NCBI GenBank assembly: GCA_001777055.1
Contig: MFCX01000036.1
Coordinates: forward strand, 1-46,903
Source of the DNA: Candidatus Daviesbacteria bacterium RIFCSPHIGHO2_02_FULL_39_12
Lineage (GTDB): Bacteria; Patescibacteriota; Microgenomatia; Daviesbacterales; UBA10151
Length of the DNA stretch: 46,903 bases
Direction: 5' to 3'
The notes beneath the pieces were generated by a model. It was not told the origin of the DNA and did not search any database. It saw only the letters and a list, made by a program, of their open reading frames with translations. The position numbers and the translations under genes are program-made. Shown one piece after another: positions 14,819 to 22,363 of this stretch. Numbering within the stretch: position 1 is the stretch's first letter; the number at the start of each line of letters is the position of its first letter.

Positions 14819-15849
14819 TTGAGTTTGGTACATAATTAAATTTGTACTACTCCAAAGCCCCAAAGTTTCCTCAACATGAAGCAAATGCAAGCCAGGTATG
14901 TCTGACCTATGAATGCTTTTATTCCCCGTATCCTCTCTCTTCCCAGCTTAAATGTTCTTTTTAAGGTGGAAAACAGCCTCTCGACCTCAGTCCTTTTATT
15001 GTAAATTGATTTCTTTATGCATCTCCCTTTAGCCTTTTCCTTCCAATTTTGATATGCCCCTCTAGGATTGTAGTTTTTGCCTTTATTAATCTTTTTAATT
15101 GGTATGGTAGCCTTAGCATGAAGTGATTTAACAATGTATTCCACAATATCAGAGGAGTCGTAACCTTTATCTGCCAATACATAGCCACACTTTTTAAGCC
15201 AAGGTCTGGCTTTCTTGAGCAGTGGTATGGCAACCTGGCTATCATGAGTAACCCCATCTCCTATAATGAGTGCAATCAATGCTCCGGAGTTGGCATCAAT
15301 TAAAGCATGTAGTTTGAATCCATAGCTTTCCTTATGTCCATTCCATCCTCCAGATCCTAACTCTTCTTTCCTGGAGTATGTTTTAACAAAGCTTGAATCC
15401 AGGGCTACTTTTTCACCTTTTATTAATCCCTTCTTATATGCATCTTTAACCAACCTTAGTAGTACCTTCTGGTAAACCCCAGCCTCATTAAACTTCCTAT
15501 TAGCTCTGATTAAAGTTGGATGAGACACAGAGGCCATTGAGGCCATTGTTCTATAGTCCCAGTTAGTAATCTTTTTGATTAACAACCAGACAAAAAGTAC
15601 CTGTTTGGGATACCCAATTCTTCCGCCTATAAATTCTTTCCGAGGTAGCAGTTCATCAACCAGGGGAAAAGAGAAATCCATCAAAAACTGGACTTTTTCT
15701 GGCCAATTTGGTGTAATTATCATGAAAAGCAGTTGACACCTCCATTCTGGAGCTTCCGTCTGTTTATTAGTTTGTAGCTGCATATTCAGACTAGTCAGCT
15801 GCTTTTTGTTTGTCAAGTCAATCTAAATGTAGTTTTGTACCAAACTCAA
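14819..15849. mobile_element. Intact IS4/IS5-superfamily insertion sequence (~1.03 kb)
   Basis: 14-bp perfect terminal inverted repeats TTGAGTTTGGTACA (14819-14832) and tgtaccaaactcaa (15836-15849) enclosing a single DDE transposase ORF. No unambiguous target duplication. Confidence 0.75.
14836..15816 (-). CDS. DDE transposase (IS4/IS5 type)
   Basis: DSSFV, LADKGYDS and YNKRTEVERLFSTLK give D, D and the Y(2)R(3)E(6)K signature. Confidence 0.85.
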   Translation of the reverse strand: MTNKKQLTSLNMQLQTNKQTEAPEWRCQLLFMIITPNWPEKVQFLMDFSFPLVDELLPRKEFIGGRIGYPKQVLFVWLLIKKITNWDYRTMASMASVSHPTLIRANRKFNEAGVYQKVLLRLVKDAYKKGLIKGEKVALDSSFVKTYSRKEELGSGGWNGHKESYGFKLHALIDANSGALIALIIGDGVTHDSQVAIPLLKKARPWLKKCGYVLADKGYDSSDIVEYIVKSLHAKATIPIKKINKGKNYNPRGAYQNWKEKAKGRCIKKSIYNKRTEVERLFSTLKRTFKLGRERIRGIKAFIGQTYLACICFMLRKLWGFGVVQI

Positions 15850-15858
15850 TTTTATTAC

Positions 15859-15910
15859 TTGACAATTTAGCTCAAATTTAATACGATTTAAATGTCCTAA
15901 AGGACATTTA
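15859..15910 (+). promoter_or_regulatory. Outward-facing promoter with a perfect 10+10 bp palindrome at the predicted start site
   Basis: TTGACA (15859-15864), 17 nt, TACGAT (15882-15887). taaatgtcct-aa-aggacattta at 15889-15910. Confidence 0.35.
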
Positions 15911-16101
15911 GTAGATGGCCTGAAGGACTGCCCTACTTAGCACGTTAAAAGCTGGATTAATTTTTCCTCCACTAATTGTTGATTTTAGTGTGATCCGGAG
16001 TTCATCCTTAGCTTTATGCGACGGATGACAGGATTTCCACCTTCCGTTTCGGGGGAAAAGATTCAGTTCACGTCTAAAGTAGGGAGAAATTATTTTTTTT
16101 T
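15890..16101 (+). ncRNA. Candidate structured non-coding transcript (~210 nt) of unknown class
   Basis: No ORF. Long-range pairing ccctactt (15931-15938) with aagtaggg (16078-16085). Local hairpins cactaa/ttagtg and tcatcc/ggatga. Ends in T9 (16093-16101). Confidence 0.2.
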
Positions 16102-16209
16102 ATAGTCATCCTGCTAAAATCGTACGGTACGATGAAGTTTTCCGCATACTTCCTCTCTTAAAATATTTTCACTAGAAATTAGCAGTTAAGAATTGATAGA
16201 ATATATAGA

Positions 16210-16280
16210 GCCTCCTTAGCTCAATGGCAGAGCGTATGTTTTGTAAACATATGACAACAGTTCGATTCTGTTAGGAGGCT
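16210..16280 (+). tRNA. tRNA-Thr (anticodon UGU)
   Basis: Hand-folded cloverleaf: acceptor GCCTCCT/AGGAGGC, D stem GCTC/GAGC, anticodon stem TATGT/ACATA with loop TTTGTAA, T arm AACAG-TTCGATT-CTGTT. CCA not encoded. Confidence 0.9.
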
Positions 16281-16311
16281 CCTGGCAATAACTTGTTAGA
16301 ATTGTGTTTAT

Positions 16312-16383
16312 GCCGACATGGCTCAGTGGTAGAGCACGTTCTTGGTAAGAACGGGGTCGCGGGTTCAATTCCCGCTGTCGGCT
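16312..16383 (+). tRNA. tRNA-Thr (anticodon GGU)
   Basis: Acceptor GCCGACA/TGTCGGC, D stem GCTC/GAGC, anticodon stem CGTTC/GAACG with loop TTGGTAA, T arm GCGGG-TTCAATT-CCCGC. Confidence 0.9.
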
Positions 16384-16469
16384 CCCATCCCCGAGTCGGC
16401 GGGGATAGGAGCATATTTACGATACAGCTCGAATTTATTTTACCAAAAATTACTGACTCGTGCTAGGTG

Positions 16470-16520
16470 AAGTTGCAACAAGAAAAAGGGGTTTAAGGGG
16501 AAAATGAATTGTTGCAACTT
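16470..16520 (+). other. Long perfect hairpin downstream of the tRNA pair
   Basis: aagttgcaaca (16470-16480) pairs with tgttgcaactt (16510-16520), 29-nt loop. Function unknown. Confidence 0.3.
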
Positions 16521-16700
16521 TTCGTTACCCAACCTCAATCGCCAACCCAACCGTTGTCGTTGCTCAGGCCTCGCTCCGCTCGGCCTTCGCTTTTGTCCTT
16601 AAATTTTCTCGTCCTTTTTCTTTTCTGCCTGTCTTTATTATCCTAGTTCCATGTATTGAATAACTATAGTTGACTATAGATTTATACTCAAATTGAGGGG

Positions 16701-16973
16701 TTATTTAAACTGAACTTGAAGGGTAGTATTAAGGGCTGCTGCCAGTCTTTTAAGCAAGGCAATAGAGGGACTGGTTCTACCTTGCTCAACTCTGGAAATA
16801 ACAGATTGAGTGGTATTCATTTTTTCAGCCAATTCTTTTTGAGTGATTTTGTTATCAATCCGTGCACGAATGATAGCTTTAGCAATCTCAAACTCAGGTT
16901 GAGACTCTTCATAGAGCTTTTTATATTCAGGGTCTTTTAGTAATTTTTGTTTATAGGTATCCCAGTTAGTCAT
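16701..16973 (-). CDS. XRE-family HTH antitoxin (HigA-like), now orphaned
   Basis: ITQKELAEKMNTTQSVISRVEQGRTSPSIALLKRLAAAL HTH. Clear paralogue of the antitoxin at 37732-38004, same 90-aa length. Confidence 0.8.
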   Translation of the reverse strand: MTNWDTYKQKLLKDPEYKKLYEESQPEFEIAKAIIRARIDNKITQKELAEKMNTTQSVISRVEQGRTSPSIALLKRLAAALNTTLQVQFK

Positions 16974-16979
16974 GATGAT

Positions 16980-17008
16980 ATATTATCGCAAATTTGCGAT
17001 ATTGTCAA
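16980..17008 (-). promoter_or_regulatory. Antitoxin promoter with a 16-bp perfect palindrome in the spacer; leaderless configuration
   Basis: Minus strand: TTGACA (17008-17003), 17 nt containing ATCGCAAATTTGCGAT (16985-17000), TAATAT (16985-16980), then 6 nt to the ATG at 16973. Confidence 0.5.
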
Positions 17009-17011
17009 TGA

Positions 17012-17233
17012 TCAATTCTTTTTTATTTTCCGCATAACATACTCTTGTAAACGTTCTTCAGCAATCCTAATTTCTTTGGTCGGTGTTTTCTGTTTTTTCT
17101 TCTTCCACAAACTCAGTTATTTCTAGACGTTCGCGGGAAGCAAACTCTTTTAATTCAGCAATTTGTGCAGGGATAGATAAAATTTGCCTATCTTTATCTT
17201 CCTGTGATTTTCTGCAATATGCTATGTATCTCA
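17012..17233 (-). pseudogene. Chimeric remnant: serine-recombinase 5' fragment fused to the 3' end of a HigB/Gp49-like toxin gene
   Basis: Minus strand ATG at 17233: MRYIAYCRKSQEDKDRQILSIPAQIAELKEFASRERLEITEFVEEEKTENTDQRN* (resolvase-type N-terminus with catalytic-Ser context). Another frame gives KQKTPTKEIRIAEERLQEYVMRKIKKN*, matching KKTQKTPSREIKTALAKL of the toxin at 38029-38343. Confidence 0.5.
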
Positions 17234-17600
17234 TATCTTCCTTCTAAAAGAAAGGTTCTTTTTAGCGTAGCTTAAATTTTTGCGTACCTTTATCTTTTTT
17301 GTTTCCTTTTTACTACGGCAACTTTTGCCAGAGTATAGATTGGGCTTTGCAGAGCTCTTTGCGCCCCCATCCGCAAAGAGCCTAAATTCCATCTTTTTTG
17401 GGAAATCCCAATCTGCAGGGATATACGATTACATCCGAACTTGCTTCAAATCGGCGTATCGTATCGATCGGTAGCCCCGCCTTTGGCAGAGCAAAGAACT
17501 TTTTCTTAAAAACTTAAAAAGCCGAAAGGAAAGTTTGAGACCAAAAAAATAATACCAAACTGCGTCAGTGGGGATCTAAATATTCTGGGTCAATTTTTTT

Positions 17601-17629
17601 TTGACAAAAGTGGGGTTTTGTGGTAGTAT
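17601..17629 (+). promoter_or_regulatory. Near-consensus extended -10 promoter
   Basis: TTGACA (17601-17606), 17 nt, TGg-TAGTAT (17621-17629). Confidence 0.5.
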
Positions 17630-17635
17630 TTATTT

Positions 17636-17720
17636 AAACTCCAGCCGAAGACTAATCGTACAGGTGAGCTGGTAGAGAAATCTATCTAGGCTGTTCCCCC
17701 TCGTAAGAGGGGGTTTTCTT
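17636..17720 (+). ncRNA. Candidate ~85-nt small RNA (promoter-to-terminator cassette without an ORF)
   Basis: Lies between the promoter at 17601-17629 and the intrinsic terminator at 17696-17720. Internal ccagc/gctgg helix. No coding potential. Confidence 0.4.
17696..17720 (+). terminator. Intrinsic terminator
   Basis: ccccctc-gtaa-gaggggg followed by ttttctt. The U-tract is on the plus strand only. Confidence 0.75.
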
Positions 17721-17725
17721 ATCTT

Positions 17726-18095
17726 TTACACCTCAACGAGTATTTTATCTTTGAGTGCTTTTTTAAAAATTCTTTCTGAATCTCCTGTTCCTTCCTCCAT
17801 AACATCTCTGACAAAACCACAAATGCTATCTGCCAGACGGATCATAGGATTATTTTCATCCTTTTTAACTCCTCTTACCTTGGTTGAAGATCTTATTTAT
17901 AAACTCAAGCCTTTGTTTTAAAACAGCTCTACCCCACTTAAACTGACTCTTACCGCTACTTTTCTCAATTTCCTTAATAAATTCAGCTATTTCTTCTTGA
18001 GCTTGAGCAGAAATAATTACTGATACAATGAAAATATCACCTTTAGTATCTTGTCCTGTTTCATCAACGTAACAATATAACTTTTTAATTACCAT
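17726..18095 (-). pseudogene. DUF3800-like gene split by a frameshift
   Basis: Part 1 (18095-17865) has MVIKKLYCYVDETGQD. Part 2, in another frame, reads KKDENNPMIRLADSICGFVRDVMEEG..LVEV* ending at 17726. The two frames join near the agttaaaaagg run. Confidence 0.5.
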
Positions 18096-18167
18096 ATTTT
18101 CATTATAACTTGTGGTTTAATAAATATCTTTGTTATAGTTTTATTTAATGGTAACAATTTATATTAT

Positions 18168-18612
18168 ATGAACCAAAAAGGATTTGCACCTATTTTTGTG
18201 ATTCTTATAATTCTTATTGTTGTTGGAAGTGGTTTGGTTATTTCCAAAAAAATTAACCTGCCAGTTGCCAATACCCAAACCAACCTTAAAACTGTTGAAA
18301 AACCCTCTTCTGATTCTGCAAAACCGGAAGCCACCAAAGATAAAGAGCAACCTAAAAGTAACCAACAAAAAAGTTTTCAAATCAACTCCTATTAAAGGAA
18401 CAGTTTACGTGGATCACAATGATAATAGACAAAAAGACTCAGACGATAAAGGCTTAAATGCTTTATTTGAGCTTTATAATAAAATTGGTGATGATAGCTG
18501 GCATCTTTATCAAAATATTACTGCTGATAAATCAGGTAACTTTAGTAGTGACGAAGAAAATTTGGATATTGGGATTTATAATAGTTGCTATTCTGCTAAG
18601 TTTTTTCTTTAG
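18168..18612 (+). pseudogene. Secreted/anchored protein with SdrD-B/Cna-B-like domain, frameshifted at an A6 run
   Basis: MNQKGFAPIFVILIILIVVGSG signal anchor in one frame. GTVYVDHNDNRQKDSDDKGL..ITADKSGNFSS in the next. The frames meet at aaaaaa 18367-18372, and removing one A joins them. Confidence 0.4.
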
Positions 18613-19033
18613 TATAAGTAAAGTTTCAGGTACCAGCATGGAGCCGAATATCAAAAATGGAACGATGGCTATATTTTTTAAGAATTCATTTTTTGGTCAG
18701 AATTTCAATAGAGGTAATATTGTGCTCTATCAAAAACCTGATGGGAGTGATTATATTGGAAGAATTGTAGCCTTACCAAAAGAATCAATTAGGTTTGATA
18801 AAGGTAATTTTTATATAAACAATAATGTCCAAAAATATAAAGTAGAAGAAGAATATTTAGCACCTGATTCGAAAACTTATGATAATACAGAAGATGGTAA
18901 TAGTTTAGATTGGATAAGTGTCGGGGAATATAAATATCTGATTCTTCCTGATAAAAGAAATGGAAAGTTTAATATAGAAAACCAATTAATAAATAAAAGT
19001 AATATAAGAGGAGACGTATTGACTCACGGATAA
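18491..19033 (+). CDS. Signal peptidase I (S26)-like protein, probably degenerate
   Basis: SGTSMEPNIKNG (catalytic Ser box), GNIVLY. The box that normally holds the catalytic Lys reads DYIGRIVALPKES (Gly where Lys is expected). Start uncertain because the region overlaps the upstream frameshifted gene. Confidence 0.5.
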   Translation: MIAGIFIKILLLINQVTLVVTKKIWILGFIIVAILLSFFFSISKVSGTSMEPNIKNGTMAIFFKNSFFGQNFNRGNIVLYQKPDGSDYIGRIVALPKESIRFDKGNFYINNNVQKYKVEEEYLAPDSKTYDNTEDGNSLDWISVGEYKYLILPDKRNGKFNIENQLINKSNIRGDVLTHG

Positions 19034-19806
19034 ATGACTCTTAACGCCAATCGTTGCCTCATGAGAAAATGTTACTGTAATTTAGTTGGTTTTAGTCTTT
19101 TTAATACAGCATCAATTTTCTCTTTAAGGTCAACAAGACTTATGCAGTAGCGGTAAAGGTGGGCATTGATGAACTCACTACCTGAATCAGAATCAATGCC
19201 TAAAAGAAAGAAGGGAAGTCTTGCTCTAATCCTTTCAATCCCTGCAAAAACATGAACTTGAGCTTTATTAATTACTGCTACTTGTTCCGTCCAGCAAACT
19301 TTAACATCAGTCCAGTTTAGGGTATGTGCAAAATCTCCTTTGGCCAAACCTCCCTCATGTCCCACTAAATCAATCTCTTCAAATCCCACCTTATTTTCAT
19401 CCCACCCACTAAAAGTCCTGATTGGTATCTGGCTTTTGAGTAATGTCCCAGACTTGGTATATGATCTACCCTTTAGTTTTGGCCTTTTCCGGTATTTCTT
19501 AAACAATCTGTCAATTGTTGCCGGAGATATCTTTAAGACCCTTTTCCTGTCCTCTCTAGTCAGTGTTATCTTATTTGTATACTGGTAAGCTCCTCTTAAA
19601 AGTTTAGCTGCATATTTTCTGTCATAATCTGCTGTTTTTGTGAACTCATCTAAAATCACCCTTTTTTCTTTTCTCCTGGCTTTTTTGTACCTTAACTTAA
19701 GAGAAGATGCGTATGCTTTTACTTGTTTATACATTATTCTCACCTCCTGACTGGGCAGAGGATTAGACTTATGATTTGGGAGTTAATTACCCGTGAGTCA
19801 ACGATT
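19014..19806. mobile_element. Decayed IS remnant with an internally deleted transposase
   Basis: Right end ccgtgagtcaacgatt (19791-19806). Two candidate left ends in the matching orientation: ttgactcacgg (19019-19029, 11/11) and aatcgttgcctcatgag (19049-19065, 13/16). Confidence 0.5.
19072..19743 (-). pseudogene. Truncated rve/DDE-type integrase-transposase
   Basis: VILDEFTKTADYDRKYAAKLLRG, PATIDRLFKKYR, EIDLVGHEGG, GIDSDSGSEFINAHLYRYC, then an abrupt short tail. The third catalytic region is missing and internal segments look deleted. Confidence 0.6.
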
Positions 19807-19844
19807 AGATTAGGGAGTTATTTTAAATGAGTCAATTCGGAACC

Positions 19845-19874
19845 TTGCAGTTTTAGCTCAATCTACTATATAAT
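19845..19874 (+). promoter_or_regulatory. Promoter of rpmG (leaderless configuration)
   Basis: TTGCAG (19845-19850), 18 nt, TATAAT (19869-19874). The ATG at 19882 is only 7 nt downstream. Confidence 0.45.
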
Positions 19875-19881
19875 CTATCCC

Positions 19882-20049
19882 ATGGCTAAAAAAGGAAACA
19901 GGAATTTATTTAATTTCCAGTGTTCTGTTTGTAAAAGCAGAAACTATACAGCATCAAAAAACACGGTCAATATCAAAGAAAAACTTAGTTTGAGGAAATT
20001 TTGTAAACATTGTAGGAAAACTACAGAGCATCAAGAAGTTAAACTATGA
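19882..20049 (+). CDS. rpmG: Ribosomal protein L33
   Basis: Hand translation: MAKKGNRNLFNFQCSVCKSRNYTASKNTVNIKEKLSLRKFCKHCRKTTEHQEVKL. Too short for the ORF track. Confidence 0.9.
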   Translation: MAKKGNRNLFNFQCSVCKSRNYTASKNTVNIKEKLSLRKFCKHCRKTTEHQEVKL

Positions 20050-20062
20050 GTAATAGTTCAGA

Positions 20063-20184
20063 CTCTTAACTCACCTTACGCAGTGTCATTCCCGCGTAGG
20101 CGGGAATCCATTCCCCGATCGGAGTCGAGGACAAGCTTTCATGGGAATGACAAGAGTGATTGCGTAACATGAGCTCTTAACTCA
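20063..20184. repeat. MITE-like 100-bp structured insert flanked by an 11-bp direct repeat
   Basis: ctcttaactca at 20063-20073 and 20174-20184. Interior has imperfect terminal inverted repeats (ttacgca..gtcattccc / gggaatgac..tgcgtaa) and a central cccgc-gtag-gcggg hairpin. Confidence 0.45.
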
Positions 20185-20224
20185 GGAATAATATCCATAT
20201 TTTTAGTATAATACATCATAAGTT

Positions 20225-20295
20225 AGGGCTGTGATGAAATGGTATCATGATGCTCTCCAAAAGCATTCTTTCAGGTTCAAGTCCTGACAGCCCTG
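20225..20295 (+). tRNA. tRNA-Trp (anticodon CCA)
   Basis: Acceptor AGGGCTG/CAGCCCT, D stem ATGA/TCAT, anticodon stem ATGCT/AGCAT with loop CTCCAAA, T arm TCAGG-TTCAAGT-CCTGA. Classic position between rpmG and secE. Confidence 0.85.
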
Positions 20296-20297
20296 CA

Positions 20298-20990
20298 TTA
20301 AAAATTCACCTTAATTCTGGCGTTTTGGACAAAGAGGATGGCATTTTGATCAGACTTCACTTGAATCGTGTATGTTTTTTGACCGCTTGGTAGCTTAAAA
20401 GTACTTGAAGTTTTTATCCCAAAACTGGTGGAAGTTGTATCAATCTGAGAAGAAACAGCATTGCTATCTGTAACATTATATAACCTGACAGAACCTGTGC
20501 TAGCTGCCTCATTTAACCTGAAATTTGCCTCAAGCTGCATACTGGAATAATTTGGATAATTTGCTGGATCAAGTATGACTTGATACTCAGACAAACTATA
20601 CCAACTTTGATCTTTCCAAGGTCCTCCTCCGGATCCCAACGGAATATAAACCACTGATTGTCCTGTACTTGCAGCGGGGGCAGGTGTAGCTTTTTCTAGA
20701 GTTGAAACTCTAGCTTTCAACTCTGTAACTGAAGCCTCTAAAATACTTACCCGAGAATCAGAAGAACCTGTTTCTTGTACTACTAATTTAGTGGTTAAAC
20801 TTTCTAATGCCTTAATACGCTCTTCCAACCCTGCTTGAGGCAAAGTCTTGGGTACTTCTATTGGTCTACTGTCTGATTCAGAACTAGTTTCAGATGAAAT
20901 TAAACTTGGTTTTGAGCCAACAAACCGCCAATAACCCAACCCACCTAAAACCAATGTTATTACCAATACAACGGGCAGCAGTCTTAGCAT
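20298..20990 (-). CDS. Hypothetical membrane-anchored protein with coiled-coil and beta-rich C-terminal domain
   Basis: N-terminal TM MLRLLPVVLVITLVLGGLGYW, coiled segments (LEERIKALESL, VTELKARVSTLEK). No recognised motif. Confidence 0.5.
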   Translation of the reverse strand: MLRLLPVVLVITLVLGGLGYWRFVGSKPSLISSETSSESDSRPIEVPKTLPQAGLEERIKALESLTTKLVVQETGSSDSRVSILEASVTELKARVSTLEKATPAPAASTGQSVVYIPLGSGGGPWKDQSWYSLSEYQVILDPANYPNYSSMQLEANFRLNEAASTGSVRLYNVTDSNAVSSQIDTTSTSFGIKTSSTFKLPSGQKTYTIQVKSDQNAILFVQNARIKVNF

Positions 20991-20999
20991 ATAATTATT

Positions 21000-21028
21000 A
21001 TAACGGTTATGATAATTATAACAGTTAT
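21000..21028. promoter_or_regulatory. Two tandem 11-bp palindromes (ATAAC-N-GTTAT) in the divergent gap before the GH1 gene
   Basis: ataacggttat at 21000-21010 and ataacagttat at 21018-21028, centres 18 bp apart. Confidence 0.3.
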
Positions 21029-21032
21029 ATTT

Positions 21033-22358
21033 ATGACAAGTTTACCCCCCAAACAAAAACACGACCATCACACTTTAAAATTTCCGGACAATTTTCTATG
21101 GGGAGCTGCCACCTCTGCATATCAGGTAGAAGGTAATAATAGCTATTCTGACTGGTGGGACTGGGAGGTACAGGGTAAATTACCTGCCTCAGGTATAGCT
21201 TGTGATCAATACAACCGCTTTGAGCAGGATTTTGATTTAGTCAAAAACTTAAACCATAATGCTCATAGATTATCTATCGAATGGTCCAGGATTGAGCCTA
21301 AAGATGGGGAATTTGATCATCACGAGATTGAACACTACATTAAATTACTGAAAGTTCTTAAGTCACTTAAGATAACAGTCATGCTAACTCTTTGGCATTT
21401 TACTTTACCCAAATGGGTAGCAGATATTGGCGGCTGGGAGAACGGGCAAACTGTAAAATACTTTGAGAGGTTTGTTAAAAGAATCGCCCCGGAACTTGGT
21501 GAATTCGTAGACATGTGGGTCACTTTAAACGAACCCGGGGTGTATGTTTATCAAGGCTTTGTTGAACGGGTTTGGCCGCCGGCTAAAAAAAGCTTTTTTG
21601 GCCAGGTTAAAACCATCCTTAATTTTGCTTCTGCCCACAAAAGAGTCTATAAATACTTACATAAAGCTTTTCCCAAAAAAGAGGTGGGGATAGCCAACAA
21701 TGTCCAGTCGTTTGAATCTTACCATAAACATTCTGTCGCAGAACAAGTGGCGGTTATCATTACCGACATCATCACAAATCACCTGTTTTACTTTCTGACC
21801 CGCGGCGCCCATGACTTTTTAGGTTTAAATTATTATTTCCATGTCCGCTTTAAACAGGGAGAGGGACTGATGCCGGAGGTAACTGCTGCATCCAATGAGT
21901 CCAGAGATGTATCTGATTTAGGCTGGGAAATATATCCTGAAGGACTTTTTGGAGTATTGGAAGATTTATCAGACGATTTACCGATTTATATAACCGAATG
22001 CGGCATTGCTTCTACTAATGATGATCGGAGAAACAGGTTTTTAATTACATATTTACATGAAGTCTACCGGGCAATAAAATCCGGCATTAATGTCAAGGGC
22101 TTTTTTTACTGGTCTTTGATAGATAACTATGAATGGCATAGGGGCTTTGAACCCAGATTTGGCTTGATTGAAGTGGATTATAAAACTTTGGAAAGGCGGA
22201 TCAGACCCTCGGCGCTGGTGTATACAGATATTATTCAACATAACGGGATTCCCCACTCCCTGCTTAGGTTTATTGGGCACACAGTCCAGGCAGAAGATGT
22301 TTTGGAAAAAAGATATAGAGAAATTAGTAAAGAGATCAAAGAAAGCCAAAAGAATTAA
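21033..22358 (+). CDS. Glycoside hydrolase family 1 beta-glucosidase
   Basis: FLWGAATSAYQVEG, acid/base TLNEP, nucleophile region YITECG (usually ITENG), WSLIDNYEW. An alternative ATG at 21009 is possible. Confidence 0.85.
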   Translation: MTSLPPKQKHDHHTLKFPDNFLWGAATSAYQVEGNNSYSDWWDWEVQGKLPASGIACDQYNRFEQDFDLVKNLNHNAHRLSIEWSRIEPKDGEFDHHEIEHYIKLLKVLKSLKITVMLTLWHFTLPKWVADIGGWENGQTVKYFERFVKRIAPELGEFVDMWVTLNEPGVYVYQGFVERVWPPAKKSFFGQVKTILNFASAHKRVYKYLHKAFPKKEVGIANNVQSFESYHKHSVAEQVAVIITDIITNHLFYFLTRGAHDFLGLNYYFHVRFKQGEGLMPEVTAASNESRDVSDLGWEIYPEGLFGVLEDLSDDLPIYITECGIASTNDDRRNRFLITYLHEVYRAIKSGINVKGFFYWSLIDNYEWHRGFEPRFGLIEVDYKTLERRIRPSALVYTDIIQHNGIPHSLLRFIGHTVQAEDVLEKRYREISKEIKESQKN

Positions 22359-22363
22359 ATTTT

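Noticed and set aside
17280-17474. 64-aa plus-strand ORF in the non-coding stretch after the recombinase fragment
   Set aside because: It has a non-ATG start, low-complexity sequence and no RBS or promoter. The region instead contains a perfect 10-bp hairpin (gctctttgcg/cgcaaagagc around 17343-17370) and looks non-coding.
18159-18380. 73-aa minus-strand ORF
   Set aside because: It is antisense to the signal-anchor region of the plus-strand secreted-protein gene, so it is a shadow ORF.
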